This document shows positions 15,362 through 23,368 of a stretch of DNA of 26,701 nt, one piece after another. The stretch is from a virus (Duplodnaviria > Caudoviricetes). The position numbers and the translations under genes were made by a program. The notes beneath the pieces are model-generated. The model did not search any database and was not told where the DNA came from. It saw only the letters and a list, made by a program, of their open reading frames with translations. The stretch covers positions 1 through 26,701 of the IMG/VR virus record IMGVR_UViG_3300046777_000875; one strand, given 5' to 3'. The number at the start of each line of letters is the position of its first letter. The first letter of the stretch is position 1.

Positions 15362-18167
15362 CAGGTACGCTCTTAGCAGCCTGTATATAAGACTCGGCAT
15401 CCTCAAAATGGTGGCTTGTCAGGTCAAAAATGTGCACATCTACCGGCCCTGATACGACCTTAGTCCCTTTAGATAAGCGCTTCTTAGTGTGCCCTAGGTA
15501 AGCCCTGTCGGCTTCAAGACCCTTCAAAATCTCCTTAAGGGTGATCTGTTGCTCGCTGCAATAAGCACGTAGCTGCTTAGCATTGATAAACATCTTCTTG
15601 GTGTCGGGCTCAATCCTAATAAACAGGTCGTTAAACTTAGGCTCGACAATAGGTAATTGTTCCATGCCAGACCTAGAATCTACTTCGTTGTTTATAACCA
15701 ACACTGAAGCACGGTGCTCGTTAATAAACTCGTTAATGACACTGCTTTGTGTAGCCGACGGAGCCTTAACTTCGTTACGCATGATGGCTACTTCTTTAAC
15801 GATCCAGTCGTAGACTCGCTTAACATCAAAATCAATGATGCCTAAGTCTTTGGCAATCAAAGCACCAGCTATGTTGCAAGCGATCACAGCTGACCAAAAC
15901 CGTTCTCTACTTGTCAAACCTACTGCTTTATCAAGGCGTTGCTGCACTTGCATAACTAGATCAATGGCTTCTTCTAGGTCGCTGACTAGGTATTTAGCGT
16001 ATTCAACTCCTGCATGCCCATAGTTACCGTACAGTTTGCTAAAAATTGCATCGGCTTCTTCTTTGGTTAAGTTGCCTGTTAGGTCGATTTTGTACTCCAA
16101 CAGACGCATGAACTCGCCATCAGGAGTTGACTTTAACGAAGATAACTTGTCGTAGAACGAAGCGTTTGAACTGCACAGTGCTATGGTTGCCCACTTAGTA
16201 TGGTTCACACGCTCAGCATTGTCGTGCTGCTTCATACGGTTCTTGCCCCGCCCTTGTGACAAGCTATAGGCTAAGTCTGAGAACGTGTCCCCGCTAAGCT
16301 TTGTAATCTCGTCAATCGTAGCCGGCAGGTTATTGAGCACGCCCATACGATGAATAATGGAGTTGATTGTGTCTTTCCACTGCATCATCAGTTCTTCAGG
16401 ATGACCCCACACGCTATTGCAAGCTTTCAAGATAGTAGACTTACCGGTGCCTGAAGTGTTGTTGATAAGGTTAATAATCGCACCCTTGAGGTTAAGATGC
16501 TTTAGAAGCGGTGCCCCAAACGCAGTAAAGAAAGCAAAAGCATGGGGTTCAAAACCAGGTTGGTTATACACATGTATAACTCTTTGCCACTCAGTGTAGT
16601 TGCCTGTCGGCTTTAAAAACTCAGAGATTGTGCCTGTTGATGCAGATGGTGGGCTATAACTAACTTTGGTTGCTGAGATCTCTTGATCCCCAAGAATAAA
16701 CTTGGAGTTGTCATCGGTCCAGCCAAACTGATTTCTCATAATTTCTACCTCGGATCTATGTTGAAGTTCTTTTGTAAACGTAATAATGTATGCCATTATT
16801 CTTTTCATTTGCTCTGAGTTTGCAACAACCCCGTGCCAACCAAGCCGATCTTTAAGTTTATCGGTAGTCATCACATCAATCACAGGCATTGCAAATTCAC
16901 GCACGCCATCTTTTGGCAAATGCAATCTTAACCAAATACACTCACCCCGTGTTGGATCATGTAGCCGTTTAACAATATATAAGTCGTGCTCGTATATATT
17001 TGCAGCATCTACATTACCGGCTTCATCTTTAAACTCTACGTAGACTCCGCCGTTTTTACCTCTGAAATACGGGAACGGATAGGCTGGTATGTCAAAAACC
17101 TCGTCTTTGCCTTCCTCAGATTTTTCAACGATAACGTTAGTTTCTGCAATAGCGATTTCGGAGCCGAGCTGCACCGGAGACGATATCTTACCCTTGTGTT
17201 GGCACCCCTCACAGCCTTGAGGATTAAGCTTTTCGAAAGTTTGACACGTGTACGGCCCTTTTGTTTGATTCGCTTTGCGTTCAGTGCTCTCAGGCGAATA
17301 CTCTGGATGCCCGCTCGATATTTTGTGAATTGCTTCATCTCTATCTACACAGACCGCCGCTACCGACAAGCCTGCCCTCCATAATGGTTCTTCGATTGTG
17401 TCTTGGTTTACTGCAATGTTTTCTAGTTGTGCGCAGCCCTGCCCATCCACGGTCTTCATCATGATGGTTTTAAAGCGGCTTTGCTTATTACCCAATAGCG
17501 ATCTTGTAATCTCATTGAGTTGACGAGGCATCCAGTCAGGTGCAATTAATACCCCGATGTTTTGTTTGATTGCCTCAAATGCTAGTTCTTTAGATACAGC
17601 TAGAAGCTCTACCGGTATTGGTGGTTCTTGTTTAAAGTTAAAGGTTTCAGGAATCCGCAATATTGAGGCATTGTCTGCGGTGCGTGACGGGTCAGCTGCA
17701 AAACCATGATCTTCGCATAGTGCTTTTAATCGTTCGGCTACAGGCTTCCAATCTTTACGATTGATTACTTCCTGCAATCTCCAATAGGCATGAATACCAC
17801 GACCTGAATTAACGATGGTCGGCAAAGGCACTTTAATCTTACTGCAGAACTGTTTAAGAGCATCGAGTCCTGCAGCTTGATCTTCATACGGCTTATCTAC
17901 ACCACAATCAACGTCAAGCCAAAAGGCTTTGATAAGATTACCGTTTACTTGAATGCGTCCTTGTTTAGGATCTTCATACTTAGCACATGCAAAATAAGCA
18001 TCATACTTTTCAGCTACCAGTGTACTTACTTCAGCTTCGACATCAGCCAAAGTCTGAAAGAAGTTTTGTCTTGGTGGTTTATCGCCTTCTTGCCGCAAGC
18101 CGACTGTACAATACCAGCCTTCTCCCTCGGGCGGCAAAACTGCTGCCAACAGGTCTCTGATTGCCAT
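15330..18167 (-). CDS. Primase-helicase: AEP/RepB-like primase, Cys cluster and DUF927-type helicase
   Basis: 945 aa. AEP motifs FWLDVDCG, IVNSGRGIHAYW and ADNASILRIP. Cys cluster PYTC..CEGCQH. QFGW, Walker A SGTGKST, Walker B ATIDE, SQGRGKNR and NYGHAG are typical of DUF927 helicases. Confidence 0.85.
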   Translation of the reverse strand: MAIRDLLAAVLPPEGEGWYCTVGLRQEGDKPPRQNFFQTLADVEAEVSTLVAEKYDAYFACAKYEDPKQGRIQVNGNLIKAFWLDVDCGVDKPYEDQAAGLDALKQFCSKIKVPLPTIVNSGRGIHAYWRLQEVINRKDWKPVAERLKALCEDHGFAADPSRTADNASILRIPETFNFKQEPPIPVELLAVSKELAFEAIKQNIGVLIAPDWMPRQLNEITRSLLGNKQSRFKTIMMKTVDGQGCAQLENIAVNQDTIEEPLWRAGLSVAAVCVDRDEAIHKISSGHPEYSPESTERKANQTKGPYTCQTFEKLNPQGCEGCQHKGKISSPVQLGSEIAIAETNVIVEKSEEGKDEVFDIPAYPFPYFRGKNGGVYVEFKDEAGNVDAANIYEHDLYIVKRLHDPTRGECIWLRLHLPKDGVREFAMPVIDVMTTDKLKDRLGWHGVVANSEQMKRIMAYIITFTKELQHRSEVEIMRNQFGWTDDNSKFILGDQEISATKVSYSPPSASTGTISEFLKPTGNYTEWQRVIHVYNQPGFEPHAFAFFTAFGAPLLKHLNLKGAIINLINNTSGTGKSTILKACNSVWGHPEELMMQWKDTINSIIHRMGVLNNLPATIDEITKLSGDTFSDLAYSLSQGRGKNRMKQHDNAERVNHTKWATIALCSSNASFYDKLSSLKSTPDGEFMRLLEYKIDLTGNLTKEEADAIFSKLYGNYGHAGVEYAKYLVSDLEEAIDLVMQVQQRLDKAVGLTSRERFWSAVIACNIAGALIAKDLGIIDFDVKRVYDWIVKEVAIMRNEVKAPSATQSSVINEFINEHRASVLVINNEVDSRSGMEQLPIVEPKFNDLFIRIEPDTKKMFINAKQLRAYCSEQQITLKEILKGLEADRAYLGHTKKRLSKGTKVVSGPVDVHIFDLTSHHFEDAESYIQAAKSVPDVDPRSELQS

Positions 18168-18400
18168 TAGTTGTATTTAGTAAGTAGTTTTTCTATTTTC
18201 CTAACTTTGTCTTTGTTGGGCACACCAACTCCGGTAAACCAGTTGTATATAGTCATGCGGGTTACGCCTAACTTTGTAGCAATGGTTGATACCGGAATGT
18301 CGTTGGTAATGCAGTACCGCCCAAGCCGGACCCCGATGTTTTCAGGATCAGCAGCTTGGTTGGCTTTTACAAGACGAAAGCTATACCCTCTTAGACTCAT
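18167..18400 (-). CDS. Cro/XRE-like helix-turn-helix transcription regulator
   Basis: 77 aa. IPVSTIATKLGVTRMTIYNWFTG is a canonical HTH pattern. It is translationally coupled to both neighbours. Confidence 0.8.
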   Translation of the reverse strand: MSLRGYSFRLVKANQAADPENIGVRLGRYCITNDIPVSTIATKLGVTRMTIYNWFTGVGVPNKDKVRKIEKLLTKYN

Positions 18401-19296
18401 GCTGCGTCGTCATTAGACCAATCGCCCATTACGGCTTTGAGGTCACGCTTAGGGGTTGGCTCAGCGGCTTTTTTATCAACACGCTTGGTTGGCTCAGGGA
18501 TTGCAGTTGCTTCAACTTCCACAGTGCCAGCTTCAGCTTTTGCCACAGGAGCTTCTAGCTTTTTAACGCCATCGGCTTGAGCCACAGTCATAGTAATTGC
18601 AGCTTTAGCAGTCTTGGTTTCGCCTTGCTTCTTGGCTACTTCCCACTCGTGCTTCTCAAGGAACCGCACTGGACGGAAGAATAGTTTGCCGACAGTTGAG
18701 TCTTCGTCAAAGCGCATTTCAGTTACTAGCGTATTTAAGTTGTAGCCTTGTGAGCCAACATAACGTACGTACTGATCGAATGGCATGTGATCTAGATCGC
18801 CTGGTTTTTTGGAATCATAGAAGATTGACTTGGATTGCAAGGTCATTTGATAAACGTCGCCGTTTAAATCTGAAGCAAGTGCTACAGCAATACGACGGTT
18901 CTTACGGCAAGCTTTGGTGCTGCCTTGACCTGAGCCAGCTATGTCTTGAGGGCAGTTCATGCACATCTGACTTTGTGGTTCTTTAATAGAAGCGTCAGGA
19001 CGCTCGCCGTCATTAGACCAGCAATCAGGTGGAGCAGCATCAGCTTTGGGGTCCCACGCTTTAGCGTAAAACGTACGGGAGATATTGGGTGAGGCATTAA
19101 CAATAACAATCTCCATCTTGTCACTGTTGCTCTTGGAAATCTCGGCACCGTTTACTTTTAAAATAAACTTGTTATTGCCAAGGGCAATACGTTTGACACC
19201 GGTACCACCACCCGTTAAGGCACGGGTTACATCATCAATTTCTACCTCTTTGAGGTAGTCAGGTAACTGCTGGTTAAATAAGGCGACGTTACTCAT
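18397..19296 (-). CDS. Putative single-stranded DNA-binding protein with Zn-binding Cys cluster
   Basis: 299 aa. PDCWSNDG..CMNCPQ..KACR provides 4 Cys. It has a beta-rich core, a P/A/K-rich linker and an acidic aromatic C-tail (GDWSNDDAA). It lies between the helicase and primase genes. Confidence 0.55.
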   Translation of the reverse strand: MSNVALFNQQLPDYLKEVEIDDVTRALTGGGTGVKRIALGNNKFILKVNGAEISKSNSDKMEIVIVNASPNISRTFYAKAWDPKADAAPPDCWSNDGERPDASIKEPQSQMCMNCPQDIAGSGQGSTKACRKNRRIAVALASDLNGDVYQMTLQSKSIFYDSKKPGDLDHMPFDQYVRYVGSQGYNLNTLVTEMRFDEDSTVGKLFFRPVRFLEKHEWEVAKKQGETKTAKAAITMTVAQADGVKKLEAPVAKAEAGTVEVEATAIPEPTKRVDKKAAEPTPKRDLKAVMGDWSNDDAA

Positions 19297-19703
19297 TTGC
19301 TTCTCCTAACTGTAATTGCGTATGTGCGATCCACATTTAAACCGGCGGGATGCAAGTCCGGATTCTCCTCCAAAAACTGCTTCATATTGGTTTGTTGAAT
19401 TCTTCGCTCCAATAACTGAGGCGCATTTTGATCCACAATAAATTTGTGAAAGCGTTCCCAATCGTTGGTTGTGTATCTTTCTTTGATGCTACGGCGTGCC
19501 GAACCGTGCGTGGTTTTTATGCTAGTGGCATCAAGATCTTTGAGTAGTTCGAGCAGTTCTGATTCAATAACATCTATCTGCTCTTCTAGATCGGCTTTCT
19601 TAGCCATATAACTTTTGTAGTTATCTTCGAGCGCATCACGTATCTTTATGTAAACTTCTACAAGTTTTTCAGCGGATACTGTGCCTTGGACTTCTAGTTC
19701 CAT
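19293..19703 (-). CDS. Coiled-coil protein, Mu Gam / Gp157-like (putative DNA-end protection or host nuclease inhibitor)
   Basis: 136 aa. Long N-terminal coiled coil, then SIKTTHG, DWERFHKFI, LLERRI and PAGLNV, a layout resembling Gam/Gp157-like proteins. RBS AAAGGA upstream. It is the first gene after the promoter at 19749-19777. Confidence 0.45.
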   Translation of the reverse strand: MELEVQGTVSAEKLVEVYIKIRDALEDNYKSYMAKKADLEEQIDVIESELLELLKDLDATSIKTTHGSARRSIKERYTTNDWERFHKFIVDQNAPQLLERRIQQTNMKQFLEENPDLHPAGLNVDRTYAITVRRSK

Positions 19704-19748
19704 ATAAATTCCTTTAGGTTAAAAACGCTGGTCTATGCCAGTTAAATC

Positions 19749-19777
19749 ATCTTATAACTATAATTTGACTTTGTCAA
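19749..19777 (-). promoter_or_regulatory. Near-consensus sigma70 promoter with overlapping palindromic operator
   Basis: - strand TTGACA (19777-19772), 17 nt spacer, TAAGAT (19754-19749). Inverted repeat TTGAC-N3-GTCAA (19765-19777) covers the -35. TTATA-N2-TATAA (19752-19763) touches the -10. Confidence 0.8.
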
Positions 19778-21330
19778 CTATTATTAACTTCTTGTTTGTA
19801 CAAGTCAATTATTTTCTCATGCACTTCTAGTTTATTTTGCAACATTTGATAAAGCCGTGTCTCTACGGGACTACCCTTAATGTGCACTACAGTCATTGGG
19901 TTCTTCTGCCCTTGGCGGTGTATACGTGCATTAGCTTGCAAGTAAGTCTCTATAGATGTCACTGGAGCGTACCATACTATCACGTTAGCAGCGGTGAGAG
20001 TTATCCCATGTGCTGCAGCTTGTGGCTGGATTATTAACACTCTTGGGTTTGGCTGCTCTTGAAAAGCTTTAAATAAAGCCGTGCGTTTGTTTACAGGAAC
20101 CTGTCCGTTAATAACCTCGCAGGTAATACCTGCCCCTCTCAAATGCTCTTTGAGTAGTTCTATTGTATGAGTAAACGGTACAAACACAAGCACCTTGTGA
20201 CTAGCTTCATCAATTACTTCTTCAATAACACGTAGGCGATTACTAACATCGAATTCAACAACAGCGCCAGTATCAGAATAAACGGCACCCCCTGATATTT
20301 GTAGGAGCTTATTGAGCTTAACCGCTGCATTAACTGCGCTAACTTCTTCCCCATCCGCTGCCATAAGCCACTCGTCTTTGAGCGTTTTGTAGTATTTCTC
20401 CTGTTGCGAAGTAAGGGGGGCGTCCCTAGAAACATAAGTAATCTCCGGCAAGTCTAAGCAATCTTCTTTTTTATATCTGATTGCGGGTTGAAGGGCATTA
20501 AACACAGTTTGATCTGCATCAGGTTTTGGCAACCACTTAAACTTACTAATGTTTATCATGGTCTGATCTCTGAACGCACCAAAGAATCTAGGTACGTTTT
20601 GCGGGACTATTAACTTACCTAATCCAAAAGCATCAGTTGGGCTTTGTGCTGCTGGCGTACCAGTCATCATCCATATCCATGTCCGTGGGGTAATGATACG
20701 GTTCATGGTTTTCCAACGATTGGTTGTTACAGTCTTGTACGCATTAGCTTCGTCAATAATTACCAAGTCAAAATTTTGTTTTGCAATATCGTCGGCTACG
20801 ATTTCTACACCGTCATAATTAATAATGACAAACTCAGCATCACTTTCAACGATTGCTTTACGTTTGTGCCTATCGCCGTAGGCAACACCGACTTTGCGGT
20901 GCATTGCAAACTTAAACAAATCTGCCTGCCAAGCAGATTGCATAATAGATAGAGGGCATACTATGAGCACACGATACACACGCTTTTGTTCTATCAGATA
21001 ATCTGCAGCCCATATTGCCGCCGCAGTCTTACCTGTGCCTTGTTCGTTAAAACAAAATGCTCTTTGATTTAGTGTAAGAAAATTAGCAGTATCTTTTTGA
21101 TGCTCCATTGGTTTATGCAAACCAGGCCATTTGTAATCACGCAGAATCGGCGACGGTACTTTTTTGATCTTAAGTTTGTTTAGTGCTTGTGCTTCATCCA
21201 AACCCCAATGTACGGCGACCTTATGCAAGTCGCCATTGGTCTCAACAATTTCACTTTTTCTTATGCACTCAGTTACTAACTGTGGGCGTCTAGTCGTGAT
21301 AAGTATTGCTTTGTTATTTACGATTTCCAT
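19774..21330 (-). CDS. SNF2-family (SF2) helicase
   Basis: 518 aa. Motif I NEQGTGKT, Ia LIVCPLS, II IIDEAN, III MMTGTP, V AAAHGITLTAA and VI QANARIHRQGQ. Confidence 0.92.
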   Translation of the reverse strand: MEIVNNKAILITTRRPQLVTECIRKSEIVETNGDLHKVAVHWGLDEAQALNKLKIKKVPSPILRDYKWPGLHKPMEHQKDTANFLTLNQRAFCFNEQGTGKTAAAIWAADYLIEQKRVYRVLIVCPLSIMQSAWQADLFKFAMHRKVGVAYGDRHKRKAIVESDAEFVIINYDGVEIVADDIAKQNFDLVIIDEANAYKTVTTNRWKTMNRIITPRTWIWMMTGTPAAQSPTDAFGLGKLIVPQNVPRFFGAFRDQTMINISKFKWLPKPDADQTVFNALQPAIRYKKEDCLDLPEITYVSRDAPLTSQQEKYYKTLKDEWLMAADGEEVSAVNAAVKLNKLLQISGGAVYSDTGAVVEFDVSNRLRVIEEVIDEASHKVLVFVPFTHTIELLKEHLRGAGITCEVINGQVPVNKRTALFKAFQEQPNPRVLIIQPQAAAHGITLTAANVIVWYAPVTSIETYLQANARIHRQGQKNPMTVVHIKGSPVETRLYQMLQNKLEVHEKIIDLYKQEVNNS

Positions 21331-21640
21331 TTTTGCGTTTGGGTTTGGCTTTATTTACTTTTACGGTATGGTCTGAGTTGCGGCTAAATGATCTATTTTG
21401 GCTTGGTGTTTCTATGCGGATGTTTTTACGGCTATTGGTACCACCTTTGGATAAAGGCTTAATATGCTCAATATCTTTGCCTTCACGCACATCGGCTTTG
21501 CCATTTCCATTTTTATCAACGCCTGTTTTATCAACTGCATATCTAGCACGATCACGTGCGTTCCTCGTTTCCTGCTCCCCCCGAGCTAGTTGCTGTTGAT
21601 ACTCTTTCTTGTAAGGGCGGGGTTTGTTCACATATGGCAT
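21314..21640 (-). CDS. HNH endonuclease
   Basis: Start re-assigned to ATG 21640 (AAGGAG at 21652-21647). GKDIEHIKPLSKGGTNSRKNIRIETPSQNRS is a beta-beta-alpha-Me motif. Confidence 0.85.
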   Translation of the reverse strand: MPYVNKPRPYKKEYQQQLARGEQETRNARDRARYAVDKTGVDKNGNGKADVREGKDIEHIKPLSKGGTNSRKNIRIETPSQNRSFSRNSDHTVKVNKAKPKRKNGNRK

Positions 21641-21815
21641 AGCGATCTCCTTCTTTACGGAAAAAATAGACTGAACCATCAGCCAATACTACGTATTTTA
21701 TGTCGCTTTGGGGGTCATCGCCAAGCATATCTTTTAGCATAGTTTCAATCTCTTCTTTGGACATTTGTTTGTCTTCAATATCAACATTGCCTACAAACGG
21801 AATCGGCTCAATCAT
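21552..21815 (-). CDS. Hypothetical protein (87 aa)
   Basis: Start re-assigned to ATG 21815 (AAGGAG at 21826-21821). MIEPIPFVGNVDIED... The 3' end overlaps the HNH gene by 89 nt. Confidence 0.6.
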   Translation of the reverse strand: MIEPIPFVGNVDIEDKQMSKEEIETMLKDMLGDDPQSDIKYVVLADGSVYFFRKEGDRYAICEQTPPLQERVSTATSSGGAGNEERT

Positions 21816-21816
21816 T

Positions 21817-22593
21817 TCAACTCCTTGGCAATGTGCCACTAAAGTTATAGGTACCGCTATGGACTAGGTTCGCCCAAGGCGCCGCCCAAACTTTAAAGCC
21901 GTTTTGTCTAGCCAATTTGCAAAAATGATAATCTTCCGATAGCAAACGGTTGGTTGACTCGTCGATACTTGTAGCAAAAAACTCATAAATAACTTTCTTA
22001 ACTGGGTTAGTTTCAGTGGCAAGGTACATGTCGTTAGTGTAGGTTGGCACCTTGTCTTTAAGCGCCTCAAATACTTCACGTTTAATTAACATAAAGCCTG
22101 TACCGCCGTTATCAATTTCCATGGGGGTGTTAACGTTGCCTGTGGATTCTTTTGCCCCACCTACTAGGTTTACTACAAATGCCCCTGTGTGCTTGGCTAA
22201 GTCTTTAGGTTCAACACCTTCGGTAACTGCTTTTGCAACTGAAACCCAGTTAATTTCTTTCTTGGGGTATATACCACAGATAATGTCTTTGTCGGCGTCA
22301 ACCATGCTCACAATATCGTGTGAGTCAAAACTAATATCTGCATCAATAAACATTAGATGTGTTGCGTCAGGAGTAGCCAAGAAATCATAAGTCAAGCTGT
22401 TACGAGCCCTAGTAATTAGTGATTCGTTCTGCATATGCGCATAGTACAAGACGATACCGTGCTTACTGCAAATGCTTGCCATGTTTAATAATCCAAGGGC
22501 ATATCCCCCTGTGCATAGCCCACCATACATTGGGGTTGACACAAATAGGATGGCTGGTTTCTTTGCTTCTACTGCTGGTACGTTTTCTGACAT
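21817..22593 (-). CDS. Glycosyltransferase, GT-A fold (GT2-like)
   Basis: 258 aa. ILFVSTPMYGG, ESLITRARN, DxD motif LMFIDADI, GTGFMLIKREVF, LSEDYHFC and HSG. Strong RBS AAGGAG. Confidence 0.85.
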   Translation of the reverse strand: MSENVPAVEAKKPAILFVSTPMYGGLCTGGYALGLLNMASICSKHGIVLYYAHMQNESLITRARNSLTYDFLATPDATHLMFIDADISFDSHDIVSMVDADKDIICGIYPKKEINWVSVAKAVTEGVEPKDLAKHTGAFVVNLVGGAKESTGNVNTPMEIDNGGTGFMLIKREVFEALKDKVPTYTNDMYLATETNPVKKVIYEFFATSIDESTNRLLSEDYHFCKLARQNGFKVWAAPWANLVHSGTYNFSGTLPRS

Positions 22594-22596
22594 TTA

Positions 22597-22773
22597 TTAC
22601 TCCTTTTTAATTTTTTCCCAAATAGCGGGTATCGGCATACCTTTAATATGCTCCCATCCAATATAGACACAGGCAAACATGATGAACAGAAAGAACCCAA
22701 ACACCGCCATGAATATGATGATGGCAAACGTAGCCACAAATAGAATTAGTAAATTAATAATTGTTCCAAACAT
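22597..22773 (-). CDS. Small membrane protein (58 aa)
   Basis: Manual translation MFGTIINLLILFVATFAIIIFMAVFGFFLFIMFACVYIGWEHIKGMPIPAIWEKIKKE*. About 38 uncharged hydrophobic residues. TAATG overlap with the upstream ORF. Below the ORF-track cutoff. Confidence 0.7.
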   Translation of the reverse strand: MFGTIINLLILFVATFAIIIFMAVFGFFLFIMFACVYIGWEHIKGMPIPAIWEKIKKE

Positions 22774-22940
22774 TAGAACGGTGCCTCCTCTAGCATTGAT
22801 AAGTCAATCGGTTTCTTCTTGCAACGTAATAGTTTGTACGTCCACCCAACTCTCCCATTTACGATTTGGTCGGCTTCTTCTCGCCTTGAGACCTTTCGCA
22901 TCAGTTCTTTGTTCTCGTCGTAGACTAGGTACGTGTTCAA
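22773..22940 (-). CDS. Hypothetical protein (55 aa, TTG start)
   Basis: GAGGA at 22953-22949, 8 nt before TTG 22940. (M)NTYLVYDENKELMRKVSRREEA...LSMLEEAPF. Its stop overlaps the next ATG. Confidence 0.6.
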   Translation of the reverse strand: MNTYLVYDENKELMRKVSRREEADQIVNGRVGWTYKLLRCKKKPIDLSMLEEAPF

Positions 22941-23019
22941 AATAGTGATCCTCGAACTTTGGTATGTAGCATATGGGTTTGGGTAATAATTGCAGGGCTT
23001 CGTCAAGCACCTCAATCAC
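22804..23019 (-). CDS. Possible hypothetical protein (GTG start), overlapping the next ORF
   Basis: GTGA overlap with the upstream stop at 23016-23018. (M)IEVLDEALQLLPKPICYIPKFEDHYFEH... It fills the gap 22941-23015 but overlaps the 22773-22940 ORF by 137 nt. Confidence 0.3.
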   Translation of the reverse strand: MIEVLDEALQLLPKPICYIPKFEDHYFEHVPSLRREQRTDAKGLKARRSRPNRKWESWVDVQTITLQEETD

Positions 23020-23180
23020 ATGCAATTTACGACGCTTCCGCATATTGTGCAGTTAGTTATCTTGCCATCTTTGACAATAGTTACGATCTCGCACGGACCG
23101 ACCTGAGCACAAATATCTTTAGACACAACCATGCTAACGACAAGCACCATGCCAAGCATCATACCAACCACATATTTCAT
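23016..23180 (-). CDS. Small secreted/membrane-anchored cysteine-rich peptide (54 aa)
   Basis: Manual translation MKYVVGMMLGMVLVVSMVVSKDICAQVGPCEIVTIVKDGKITNCTICGSVVNCM*. Signal-peptide-like N-terminus and ATGA overlap with the upstream ORF. Not in the ORF track. Confidence 0.7.
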   Translation of the reverse strand: MKYVVGMMLGMVLVVSMVVSKDICAQVGPCEIVTIVKDGKITNCTICGSVVNCM

Positions 23181-23368
23181 TTTCTTCTCCTTGATTTGAC
23201 TGCAACAATCCCAACTTCGGGTTCTTTTTTGTACTTCGTTTCAATCATTAGATCAGCGGCATCCCAACATTGTTTTGCGCTTTCCTCAGTCAACCCAATA
23301 CCTTTCATAAATAACCCCATCATTGCAAACATCGCAAAGCAATCCCTTAAATCATCATCACCGATCAT
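23177..23368 (-). CDS. Conserved small phage protein (LRDxFA...AxxxWxxADxM type)
   Basis: 63 aa. The motif DLRDCFAMFAMMG...AKQCWDAADLMI resembles a widespread phage hypothetical family. ATGA overlaps at both ends. Confidence 0.7.
   Translation of the reverse strand: MIGDDDLRDCFAMFAMMGLFMKGIGLTEESAKQCWDAADLMIETKYKKEPEVGIVAVKSRRRK

Noticed and set aside
21314-21640. HNH as part of an intron or intein mobile element
   Set aside because: The neighbouring helicase and polymerase ORFs are continuous with all motifs present. No split gene or splice-junction motifs are evident.
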